A stretch of 64,000 nucleotides of DNA from Octopus sinensis (taxonomy: Eukaryota). A model generated the notes under the pieces. It made no database searches. It was given only the letters and a program-made list of their open reading frames with translations, and was not told the DNA's origin. Made by a program: the position numbers and the translations under genes. Positions within the stretch are counted from its first letter, which is position 1, and every line of letters begins with the position of its first letter. The DNA is taken from positions 7,130,001 to 7,194,000 of the forward strand of contig NC_043026.1 of the NCBI RefSeq assembly GCF_006345805.1, written 5' to 3'. Below are positions 1 to 11,863 of this stretch, piece after piece.

Positions 1-3000
1 GGTTTGCTGTTGTTGTTGTTGTTGTTTCATCCTTAGCTTTTCCCTAATCCAACAAACCTTTAGTCAACAGTGTTGACTAAAGGTTTGCTGTTGTTGTTGT
101 TGTTGTTTCATCCTCAGCTTTTTCCTAATCCAACAAACCTTTAGTCAACAGTGTTGACTAAAGGTTTGCTGTTGTTGTTGTTGTTGTTTCATCCTTAGCT
201 TTTTCCTAATCCAACAAACCTCTAGTCAACAGTGTTGACTAAAGGTTTGCTGTTGTTGTTGTTGTTGTTTCATCCTTAGCTTTTTCCTATTCCAACAAAC
301 CTTTAGTCAACAGTGTTGACTAAAGGTTTGCTGTTGTTGTTGTTGTTGTTTCATCCTTAGCTTTTTCCTAATCCAACAAACCTTTAGTCAACAGTGTTGA
401 CTAAAGGTTTGCTGTTGTTGTTGTTGTTGTTTCATCCTTAGCTTTTTCCTAATCCAACAAACCTTTAGTCAACAGTGTTGACTAAAGGTTTGCTGTTGTT
501 GTTGTTTCATCCTCAGCTTTTTCCTATTCCAACAAACCTTTAGTCAACAGTGTTGACTAAAGGTTTGCTGTTGTTGTTGTTGTTGTTTCATCCTCAGCTT
601 TTTCCTATTCCAACAAACCTTTAGTCAACAGTGTTGACTAAAGGTTTGCTATTGTTGTTGTTGTTTCATCCTCAGCTTTTTCCTATTCCAACAAACCTTT
701 AGTCAACAGTGTTGACTAAAGGTTTGCTGTTGTTGTTGTTGTTGTTTCATCCTTAGCTTTTTCCTATTCCAACAAACCTTTAGTCAACTGTGTTGACTAA
801 AGGTTTGCTGTTGTTGTTGTTGTTGTTTCATCCTCAGCTTTTTCCTAATCCAACAAACCTTTAGTCAACAGTGTTGACTAAAGGTTTGCTGTTGTTGTTG
901 TTGTTGTTTCATCCTCAGCTTTTTCCTAATCCAACAAACCTTTAGTCAACAGTGTTGACTAAAGGTTTGCTGTTGTTGTTGTTGTTGTTTCATCCTTAGC
1001 TTTTTCCTAATCCAACAAACCTTTAGTCAATAGTGTTGACTAAAGGTTTGCTGTTGTTGTTGTTGTTGTTTCATCCTTAGCTTTTTCCTATTCCAACAAA
1101 CCTTTAGTCAACAGTGTTGACTAAAGGTTTGCTGTTGTTGTTGTTGTTTCATCCTCAGCTTTTTCCTAATCCAACAAACCTTTAGTCAACAGTGTTTAGT
1201 AAAGGTTTGCTGTTGTTGTTGTTGTTGTTTCATCCTCAGCTTTTTCCTATTCCAACAAACCTTTAGTCAACAGTGTTGAGTAAAGGTTTGCTGTTGTTGT
1301 TGTTGTTGTTTCATCCTCAGCTATTTCCGATTCCAACAAACCTTCAGTCAACAGTGTTGACTAAAGGCTTGCTGTTGTTGTTGTTGTTGTTGTTTCATCC
1401 TTAGCTTTTTCCTATTCCAACAAACCTTTAGTCAACAGTGTTGACTAAAGGTTTGCTGTTGTTGTTGTTGTTTCATCCTCAGCTTTTTCCTAATCCAACA
1501 AACCTTTAGTCAACAGTGTTGAGTAAAGGTTTGCTGTTGTTGTTGTTGTTGTTTCATCCTCAGCTTTTTCCTATTCCAACAAACCTTTAGTCAACAGTGT
1601 TGAGTAAAGGTTTGCTGTTGTTGTTGTTGTTGTTTCATCCTCAGCTATTTCCTATTCCAACAAACCTTCAGTCAACAGTGTTGACTAAAGGTTTGCTGTT
1701 GTTGTTGTTGTTGTTTCATCCTTAGCTTTTTCCTAATCCAACAAACCTTTAGTCAACAGTGTTGACTAAAGGTTTGCTGTTGTTGTTGTTGTTGTTTCAT
1801 CCTTAGCTTTTCCCTAATCCAACAAACCTTTAGTCAACAGTGTTGACTAATGGTTTGCTGTTGTTGTTGTTGTTGTTTCATCCTTAGCTTTTTCCTAATC
1901 CAACAAACCTCTAGTCAACAGTGTTGACTAAAGGTTTGCTGTTGTTGTTGTTGTTGTTTCATCCTTAGCTTTTTCCTATTCCAACAAACCTTTAGTCAAC
2001 AGTGTTGACTAAAGGTTTGCTGTTGTTGTTGTTGTTGTTTCATCCTTAGCTTTTTCCTATTCCAACAAACCTTTAGTCAACAGTGTTGACTAAAGATTTG
2101 CTGTTGTTGTTGTTGTTGTTTCATCCTTAGCTTTTTCCTAATCCAACAAACCTTTAGTCAACAGTGTTGACTAAAGGTTTGCTGTTGTTGTTGTTGTTGT
2201 TTCATCCTTAGCTTTTTCCTATTCCAACAAACCTTTAGTCAACAGTGTTGACTAAAGGTTTGCTGTTGTTGTTGTTGTTGTTGCTTCATCCTCAGCTTTT
2301 TCCTAATCCAACAAACCTTTAGTCAACAGTGTTGACTAAAGGTTTGCTGTTGTTGTTGTTGTTGTTTCATCCTCAGCTTTTTCCTAATCCAACAAACCTT
2401 TAGTCAACAGTGTTGACTAAAGGTTTGCTGTTGTTGTTGTTGTTGTTGTTTCATCCTTAGCTTTTTCCTAATCCAACAAACCTTTAGTCAACAGTGTTGA
2501 CTAAAGGTTTGCTGTTGTTGTTGTTGTTGTTTCATCCCCAGCTTTTTCCTATTCCAACAAACCTTTAGTCAACAGTGTTGACTAAAGGTTTGCTGTTGTT
2601 GTTGTTGTTGTTTCATCCTCAGCTTTTTCCTATTCCAACAAACCTTTAGTCAACAGTGTTGACTAAAGGTTTGCTGTTGTTGTTGTTGTTTCATCCTCAG
2701 CTTTTTCCTATTCCAACAAACCTTTAGTCAACAGTGTTGACTAAAGGTTTGCTGTTGTTGTTGTTGTTGTTTCATCCTCAGCTTTTTCCTAATCCAACAA
2801 ACCTTTAGTCAACAGTGTTGACTAAAGGTTTGCTGTTGTTGTTGTTGTTGTTTCATCCTTAGCTTTTTCCTAATCCAACAAACCTTTAGTCAACAGTGTT
2901 GACTAAAGGTTTGCTGTTGTTGTTGTTGTTTCATCCTCAGCTTTTTCCTAATCCAACAAACCTTTAGTCCACAGTGTTGACTAAAGGTTTGCTGTTGTTG

Positions 3001-6000
3001 TTGTTGTTGGTTCATCCTTAGCTTTTTTCTAATCCAACAAACCTTTAGTCAACAGTGTTGACTAAATTTGCTGTTGTTGTTGTTGTGTTTCATCCTTAGC
3101 TTTTCCTATTCCAACAAACCTTTAGTCAACAGTGTTGACTAAAGGTTTGCTGTTGTTGTTGTTTCATCCTTAGCTTTTTCCTAATCCAACAAACCTTTAG
3201 TCAACAGTGTTGACTAAAGGTTTGCTGTTGTTTGTTGTTGTTTCATCCTTAGCTTTTTCCTATCCAACAAACCTTTAGTCAACAGTGTTGACTAAAGGTT
3301 TGCTGTTGTTGTTGTCGTTGTTTCATCCTCAGCTTTTTTCCCTAATCAACAAACCTTTAGTCAACATGTTGTGACTAAAGGTTTGCTGTTGTTGTTGTTG
3401 TTGTTTCATCATCCTTAGCTTTTTCCTATTCCAACAACCTTTAGTCAACAGTGTTGACTAAAGGTTTGCTGTTGTTGTTGTTGTTGTTTCATCCTTAGCT
3501 TTTTCCTATTCCAACAAACCTTTAGTCAACAGTGTTGACTAAAGGTTTGCTGTTGTTGTTTTTGGTGTTTCATCCTCCTTAGCTTTTTCCTATTCCAACA
3601 AACCTTTAGTCAACAGTGTTGACTAAAGGTTTGCTGTTGTTGTTGTTGTCGTTTCATCCTTAGCTTTTTCCTATTCCAACAAACCTTTAGTCAATAGTGT
3701 TGACTAAAGTTTTGCTGTTGTTGTTGTTGTTGTTTCATCCTTAGCTTTTTCCTATTCCAACAAACCTTTAGTCAACAGTGTTGACTGAAGGTTTGTTGTT
3801 GTTGTTGTTTCATCCTTAGCTTTTTCCTAATCCAACAAACCTTTAGTCAACAGTGTTGACTAAAGGTTTGCTGTTGTTGTTGTTGTTTCATCCTCAGCTT
3901 TTTCCTAATCCAACAAACCTTTAGTCAACAGTGTTGACTAAAGGTTTGCTGTTGTTGTTGTTGTTGTTTCATCCTTAGATTTTTCCTATTCCAACAAACC
4001 TTTAGTCAACAGTGTTGACTAAAGGTTTGCTGTTGTTGTTGTTGTTGTTTCATCCTTAGCTTTTTCCTAATCCAACAAACCTTTAGTCAACGGTGTTGAC
4101 TAAAGGTTTGCTGTTGTTGTTTTTGTTGTTTCATCCTTAGCTTTTTCCTAATCCAACAAACCTTTAGTCCACAGTGTTGACTAAAGGTTTGCTGTTGTTG
4201 TTGTTGTTGTTTCATCCTTAGCTTTTTTCTAATCCAAGAAACCTTTAGTCAACAGTGTTGACTAAAGGTTTGCTGTTGTTGTTGTTGTTGTTTCATCCTT
4301 AGCTTTTTCCTATTCCAACAAACGTTTAGTCAACAGTGTTGACTAAAGGTTTGCTGTTGTTGTTGTTGTTGTTTCATCCTTAGCTTTTTCCTAATCCAAC
4401 AAACCTTTAGTCAACAGTGTTGACTAAAGGTTTGCTGTTGTTGTTGTTGTTGTTTCATCCTTAGCTTTTTCCTATTCCAACAAACCTTTAGTCAACAGTG
4501 TTGACTAAAGGTTTGCTGTTGTTGTTGTTGTTGTTTCATCCTCAGCTTTTTCTTAATCCAACAAACCTTTTGTCAACAGTGTTGACTAAAGGTTTGCTGT
4601 TGTTGTTGTTGTTGTTTCATCCTCAGCTTTTTCCTAATCCAACAAACCTTTAGTCAACAGTGTTGACTAAAGGTTTGCTGTTGTTGTTGTTGTTGTTTCA
4701 TCCTCAGCTTTTTCCTAATCCAACAAACCTTTAGTCAATAGTGTTGAGTAAAGGTTTGCTGTTGTTGTTGTTGTTGTTTCATCCTCAGCTTTTTCCTAAT
4801 CCAACAAACCTTTAGTCAACAGTGTTGACTAAAGGTTTGCTGTTGTTGTTGTTGTTGTTTCATCCTCAGCTTTTTCCTAATCCAACAAACCTTTAGTCAA
4901 CAGTTTTGACTAAAGGTTTGCTGTTGTTGTTGTTGTTGTTTCATCACTCCTCAGCTTTTTCCTAATCCAACAAACCTTTAGTCAACAGTGTTGACTAAAG
5001 GTTTGCTGTTGTTGTTGTTGTTGTTTCATCCTCAGCTTTTTCCTATTCCAACAAACCTTTAGTCAACAGTGTTGACTAAAGGTTTTGTTGTTGTTGTTGT
5101 TTCATTCATCCTTAGCTTTTTCCTATTCCAACAAACCTTTAGTCAACAGTGTTGACTAAAGGTTTGCTGTTGTTGTTGTTGTTGTTTCATCTCTTAGCTT
5201 TTCCTATTCCAACAAACCTTTAGTCAACAGTGTTGACTAAAGTTTTGTTGTTGTTGTTGTTTCATCCTTAGCTTTTTCCTAATCCAACAAACCTTTAGTC
5301 AACAGTGTTGACTAAAGGTTTGCTGTTTTGTTGTTGTTGTTTCATCTCTCCTCAGCTTTTTCCTAATCCAACAAACCTTTAGTCAACAGTGTTGACTAAA
5401 GGTTTGCTGTTGTTGTTGTTGTTGTTTCATCCTTAGCTTTTTCCTATTCCAACAAACCTTTAGTCAACAGTGTTGACTAAAGGTTTGCTGTTGTGTGTTG
5501 TTGTTTCATCATCCTTAGCTTTTTCCTAATCCAACAACCTTTAGTCAACAGTGTTGACTAAAGGTTTGCTGTGTTGTTGTTGTTGTTGTTTCATCCTTAG
5601 CTTTTTCCTATTCCAACAAACCTTTAGTCAACAGTGTTGACTAAAGGTTTGCTGTTGTTGTTGTTGTTGTTTCATCCTTAGCTTTTTCCTAATTCCAACA
5701 AACCTTTAGTCAACAGTGTTGACTAAGGTTTGCTGTTGTTGTTGTTGTTGTTTCATCCTTAGCTTTTTCCTATTCCAACAAACCTTTTGTCAACAGTGTT
5801 GACTAAAGGTTTGCTGTTGTTGTTGTTGTTTCATCCTTAGCTTTTTCCTATTCCAACAAACCTTTAGTCAACAGTGTTGACTAAAGGTTTGCTGTTGTTG
5901 TTGTTGTTGTTGTTTCATCCTTAGCTTTTCCCTAATCCAACAAACCTTTAGTCAACAGTGTTGACTAAAGGTTTGCTGTTGTTGTTGTTGTTGTTTCATC

Positions 6001-9000
6001 CTTAGCTTTTTCCTATTCCAACAAACCTTTAGTCAACAGTGTTGACTAAAGGTTTGCTGTTGTTGTTGTTGTTGTTTCATCCTTATCTTTTTCCTATTCC
6101 AACAAACCTTTAGTCAACAGTGTTGACTAAAGGTTTGCTGTTGTTGTTGTTGTTTCATCCTCAGCTTTTTCCTAATCCAACAAACCTTTAGTCAACAGTG
6201 TTGACTAAAGGTTTGCTGTTGTTGTTGTTGTTGTTTCATCCTTAGCTTTTTCCTAATCCAACAAACCTTTAGTCAACAGTGTTGACTAAAGGTTTGCTGT
6301 TGTTGTTGTTGTTGTTTCATCCTCAGCTTTTTCCTAATCCAACAAACCTTTAGTCAACAGTGTTGACTAAAGGTTTGCTGTTGTTGTTGTTGTTTCATCC
6401 TTAGCTTTTTCCTAATCCAACAAACCTTTAGTCAACAGTGTTGACTAAAGGTTTGCTGTTGTTGTTGTTGTTGTTTCATCCTTAGCTTTTTCCTATTCCA
6501 ACAAACCTTTAGTCAACAGTGTTGACTAAAGGTTTGCTGTTGTTGTTGTTTCATCCTTAGCTTTTCCCTAATCCAACAAACCTTTAGTCAACAGTATTGA
6601 CTAAAGGTTTGCTGTTGTTGTTGTTGTTGTTTCATCCTCAGCTTTTTCCTATTCCAACAAACCTTTACTCAACAGTGTTGACTAAAGGTTTGCTGTTGTT
6701 GTTGTTGTTGTTTCATCCTTAGCTTTTTCCTATTCCAACAAACCTTTAGTCAACAGTGTTGACTAAAGGTTTGCTGTTGTTGTTGTTGTTGTTTCATCCT
6801 CAGCTTTTTCCTATTCCAACAAACCTTTACTCAACAGTGTTGACTAAAGGTTTGCTGTTGTTGTTGTTGTTGTTTCATCCTTAGCTTTTTTCCTTTTCCT
6901 ATTCAACAAACCTTTAGTCAACAGTGTTGACTAAAGGTTTGCTGTTGTTGTTGTTGTTTCATCCTCAGCTTTTTCCGAATCCAACAAACCTTTAGTCAAC
7001 AGTGTTGACTAAAGGTGTGCTGTTGTTGTTGTTGTTGTTTCATCCTTAGCTTTTTCCTATTCCAACAAACCTTTAGTCAACAGTGTTGAGTAAAGGTTTG
7101 CTGTTGTTGTTGTTGTTGTTGTTTCATCCTTAGCTTTTTCCTATTCCAACAAACCTTTAGTCAACAGTGTTGAGTAAAGGTTTGCTGTTGTTGTTGTTGT
7201 TGTTTCATCCTTAGCTTTTTCCTATTCCAACAAACCTTTAGTCAACAGTGTTGACTAAAGGTTTGCTGTTGTTGTTGTTGTTGTTTCATCCTTAGCTTTT
7301 TCCTATTCCAACAAACCGTTAGTCAACAGTGTTGACTAAAGGTTTGCTGTTGTTGTTGTTGTTGTTTCATCCTTAGCTTTTTCCTATTCCAACAAACCTT
7401 TAGTCAACAGTGTTGACTAAAGGTTTGCTGTTGTTGTTGTTGTTGTTTCATCCTAGCTTTTTCCTATTCCAACAAACCTTTAGTCAACAGTGTTGACTAA
7501 AGGTTTGCTGTTGTTGTTGTTGTTGTTTCATCCTCAGCTTTTTCCTAATCCAACAAACCTTTAGTCAACAGTGTTGACTAAAGGTTTGCTGTTGTTGTTG
7601 TTGTTGTTTCATCCTTCAGCTTTTTTTTCCTATTCCAACAAACCTTTAGTCAACAGTGTTGACTAAAGGTTTGCTGTTGTTGTTGTTGTTGTTTCATCCT
7701 TAGCTTTCTCCTATCCCAACAAACCTTTAGTCAACAGTGTTGACTAAAGGTGTGCTGTTGTTGTTGTTGTTGTTTATCATCTTAGCTTTACTTTTCCTAT
7801 TCCAACAAACCTTTAGTCAACAGTGTTGAGTAAGGTTTGCTGTTGTTGTTGTTGTTGTTGTTTCATCCTCAGCTTTTTCCTAATCCAACAAACCTTTAGT
7901 CAACAGTGTTGACTAAAGGTTTGCTGTTGTTGTTGTTGTCTTTTCATCCTTAGCTTTTTCCTATTCCAACAAACCTTTAGTCAACAGTGTTGACTAAAGG
8001 TTTGCTGTTGTTGTTGTTGTTGTTTCATCCTCAGCTTTTTCCTAATCCAACAAACCTTTAGTCAACAGTGTTGACTAAAGGTTTGCTGTTGTTGTTGTTG
8101 TTGTTTCATCCTTAGCTTTTTCCTAATCCAACAAACCTTTAGTCAACAGTGTTGACTAAAGGTTTGCTGTTGTTGTTGTTGTCATTTCATCCTCAGCTTT
8201 TTCCTAATCCAACAAACCTTTAGTCAACAGTGTTGACTAAAGGTTTGCTGTTGTTGTTGTTGTTGTTTGATCCTTAGCTTTTTCCTATTCCAACAAACCT
8301 TTAGTCAACAGTGTTGAGTAAAGGTTTGCTGTTGTTGTTGTTGTTGTTTCATCCTTAGCTTTTTCCTAATCCAACAAACCTTTAGTCAACAGTGTTGACT
8401 AAAGGTTTGCTGTTGTTGTTGTTGTTGTTTCATCCTTAGCTTTTTCCTAATCCAACAAACCTTTAGTCAACAGTGTTGACTAAAGGTTTGCTGTTGTTGT
8501 TGTTGTTGTGTTTCATCCTTAGCTTTTTCTAATCCAACAAACCTTTAGTCAACAGTGTTGACTAAAGGTTTACTGTTGTTGTTGGTTGTTTCATCCTTAG
8601 CTTTTTCCTAATCCAACAAACTTTAGTCAACAGTGTTGACTAAAGGTTGCTGTTGTTGTTGTTGTTGTTCATCCTTAGCTTTTTCCTAATCCAACAAACC
8701 TTTAGTCAACAGTGTTGACTAAAGGTTTGCTGTTGTTGTTGTTGTTGTTTCATCCTAGCTTTTTCCTAATCCAACAAACCTTTAGTCAACAGTGTTGACT
8801 AAAGGTTTGCTGTTGTTGTTGTTGTTGTTTCATCCTCAGCTTTTTCCTAATCCAACAACCTTTAGTCAACAGTGTCGACTAAAGGTTTGCTGTTGTTGTT
8901 GTTGTTTCATCCTTAGCTTTTTCCTATTCCAACAAACTTTAGTCAACAGTGTTGACTAAAGGTTTGCTGTTGTTGTTGTTGTTGTTTCATCCTTAGCTTT

Positions 9001-11028
9001 TTCCTATTCAACAAACCTTTAGTCAACAGTGTGACTAAAGTTTGTGTTGTTGTTGTTGTTGTCGTTTCATCCTTAGCTTTTTCCTATTCCAACAAACCTT
9101 TAGTCAACAGTGTTGACTAAAGGTTTGCTGTTGTTGTTGTTGTTGTTTCATCCTTAGCTTTTTCTATCCAACAAACCTTTAGTCAACAGTGTTGACTAAA
9201 GGTTTGTTGTTGTTGTTGTTTCATCCTTAGCTTTTTCCTAATCCAACAAACCTTTAGTCAACAGTGTTGACTAAAGGTTTGCTGTTGTTGTGTTGTTGGT
9301 GTTCCTCAGCTTTTCCTAATCCAACAAACCTTTAGTCAACAGTGTTGACTAAGGTTTGCTGTTGTTGTTGTTGTTGTTTCATCCTTAGCTTTTTCCTATT
9401 CCAACAACCTTTAGTCAACAGTGTTGACTAAAGGTTTGCTGTGTGTTGTTGTGTTTCATCCTTAGCTTTTTCTAATCCAACAAACCTTTAGTCAACAGTG
9501 TTGACTAAAGGTTTGCTGTTGTTGTTGTTGTTGTTTCATCCTTAGCTTTTTCCTAATTCCAAAAACCTTTAGTCAACAGTGTTGACTAAAGGTTTGCTGT
9601 TGTTGTTGTTGTTGTTTCATCCTCAGCTTTTTCCTATTCCAACAACCTTTAGTCAACAGTGTTGACTAAAGGTTTGCTGTTGTTGTTGTTGTTGTTTCAT
9701 CCTTAGCTTTTTCCTATTCAACAAACCTTAGTCAACAGTGTTGACTAAAGGTTTGCTGTTGTTGTTGTTGTTTCATCCTTAGCTTTTTCCTATTCCAACA
9801 AACCTTTAGTCAACAGTGTTGACTAAAGGTTTGCTGTTGTTGTTGTTGTTGTTTCATCCTTAGCTTTTTCCTATTCCAACAAACCTTTAGTCAACAGTGT
9901 TGACTAAAGGTTTGCTGTTGTTGTTGTTGTTGTTTCATCCTTAGCTTTTCCCTAATCCAACAAATCTTTAGTCAACAGTGTTGACTAAAGGTTTGCTGTT
10001 GTTGTTGTTGTTGTTTCATCCTCAGCTTTTTCCTAATCCAACAAACCTTTAGTCAACAGTGTTGACTAAAGTTTGCTGTTGTTGTTGTTGTTGTTTCATC
10101 CTTAGCTTTTTCCTAATCCAACAAACCTTTAGTCAACAGTGTTGACTAAAGGTTGTGCTGTTGTTGTTGTTGTTTCATCCTCAGCTTTTCCCTAATCCAA
10201 CAAACCTTAGTCAACAGTGTTGACTAAAGGTTTGCTGTTGTTGTTGTCGTTTCATCCTTAGCTTTTCCTATTCCAACAAACCTTTAGTCAACAGTGTTGA
10301 CTAAAGGTTTGCTGTTGTTGTGTTGTTGTTTCATCCTTAGCTTTTTCCTATTCCAACAAACCTTTAGTCAACAGTGTTGACTAAAGGTTTGCTGTTGTTG
10401 TTGTTTCATCCTCTTTTTCCTATCCAACAAACTTTAGTCAACAGTATTGACTAAAGGTTTGCTGTTGTTGTTGTTGTTGTTTCATCCTCAGCTTTTTCCT
10501 ATTCCAACAAACCTTTAGTCAACAGTGTTGACTAAAGGTTTGCTGTTGTTGTTGTTGTTTCATCCTTAGCTTTTTCCTATCCAACAAACCTTTAGTCAAC
10601 AGTGTTGACTAAAGGTTGCTGTTGTTGTGTTGTGTTTCATCCTCAGCTTTTTCCTATTCCAACAAACCTTTAGTCAACAGTGTGACTAAAGGTTTGCTGT
10701 TGTTGTGTTGTTGTTTCATCCTAGCTTTTTCCTATTCCAACAAACCTTTAGTCAACAGTGTTGACTAAAGGTTTGCTGTTGTTGTTGTTGTTTCATCCTC
10801 AGCTTTTTCCCAATCCAACAAACCTTTAGTCAACAGTGTTGACTAAAGGTTTGCTGTTGTTGTTGTTGTTGTTTCATCCTAAGCTTTTTCCTAATCCAAG
10901 AAACCTATAATCAACGGTGTTGACTAAAGGTTTGTTGTTGTTGTTGTTGTTTGATCCTCAGCTTTTTATTAATCCAACAAACCTATAATCAACGGTGTTG
11001 ACTAAACGTTTGTTGTTGTTGTTGTTGT
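1..11028. repeat. Tandem satellite array, ~81-bp unit containing a 17-bp palindrome and a variable (GTT)n tract
   Basis: Unit GGTTTGCT(GTT)nTCATCCTYAGCTTTTTCCTAWTCCAACAAACCTTTAGTCAACAGTGTTGACTAAA recurs with period 81 (unit starts at 1 and 82). The last two units are diverged. All six frames contain stops. The array runs off the left edge. Confidence 0.98.
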
Positions 11029-11324
11029 ATGGTCTATATTACATTATTAGAATTAATATTTTTTTTTTCATTATGTGCATGTATGTAAGTATTAATTATC
11101 ATGTTGTTTATTTTATATTAATTTAGAAAAATTGAAGCATGTCTGAAACTTCCGGAGCATATTGAATTTATTTTGTGCATGACTTGGCTCACCCTGTATG
11201 TATAAAGGTCTGTGTGTTTGTGTGTAAATACGTAGAAACTATGCTGAGCTATGGCTATATATAGTGATATTATTGTTTATAGCTGAGCTGCTACTGAAAT
11301 GCTTTGTGATATTTTCTGTCAGGG

Positions 11325-11595
11325 CCACCTGACTGGCTGCCATTCTGGTGTCTTGTAAAAAGCACCATCTGGATGTGGCTGATGCCAGTGCCCGCTGAGT
11401 AGCCACTGTGTAGGTGGCATGTAAAAAAGCACCCTTTATACTCTCGGAGTGGTTGGAGTTAGGAAGGGCATCCAGCTATAGAAACATTACTAGATCAGAT
11501 TGGTGCTTGGTGCAGCTGCTGGCTTTCTAGATCTCATTTAAACTCTCCAACCCATGCTAGCATGGACAACAGACATTAAACGATGATGATGATGA
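11325..11595 (+). mobile_element. RTE-type LINE/SINE 3' end with (GAT)n tail, degraded
   Basis: Matches the recurrent GTAAAAAGCACC...GGAAGGGCATCCAGC...CCAACCCATGCTAGCATGG...TTAAACGATGATG repeat seen many times in the window. Confidence 0.75.
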
Positions 11596-11863
11596 AAAAT
11601 CATCTGCTAGCTGTGCACTTTTAAATTCGTCTGGAATGATAAATCACTCACTTTATAAAACAGGTCAAGTTTGGTGATTAGAAGACCATCTGGCTGTAAA
11701 AATTCTGCCAGTGTTACCTTCCATCTATGCCATAATAGCATGAAGAAATAGATGAATAAAAGAATGAATGATACTCTGGTAATGTTATCTGAAATAAACA
11801 AGCATCCTAACCATAGAAGTATTTTTAAGGCTCATCTGTTCTTTCTTAGGAAGTTAGAAACTA

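Noticed and set aside
41-50. Telomeric or subtelomeric signal (CCTAA/CCCTAA in the monomer)
   Set aside because: At most one motif per unit, absent in the CCTAT variants, and never tandem.
1-11028. CRISPR array (palindromic repeats at regular spacing)
   Set aside because: The sequence between palindromes is the same in every unit rather than unique spacers. There are no cas genes and the context is eukaryotic.
1-11028. Coding repeat (81 bp = 27 codons, GTT tract varies in threes)
   Set aside because: Every frame on both strands has a stop within about one unit, and many units have non-triplet indels.
1-11028. Hammerhead ribozyme in the satellite (minus strand CTGAGGA-T-GAAAC)
   Set aside because: Only one base lies between the core boxes, so there is no helix II. 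Many units read CTAAGGA, and no helix III or NUH site follows.
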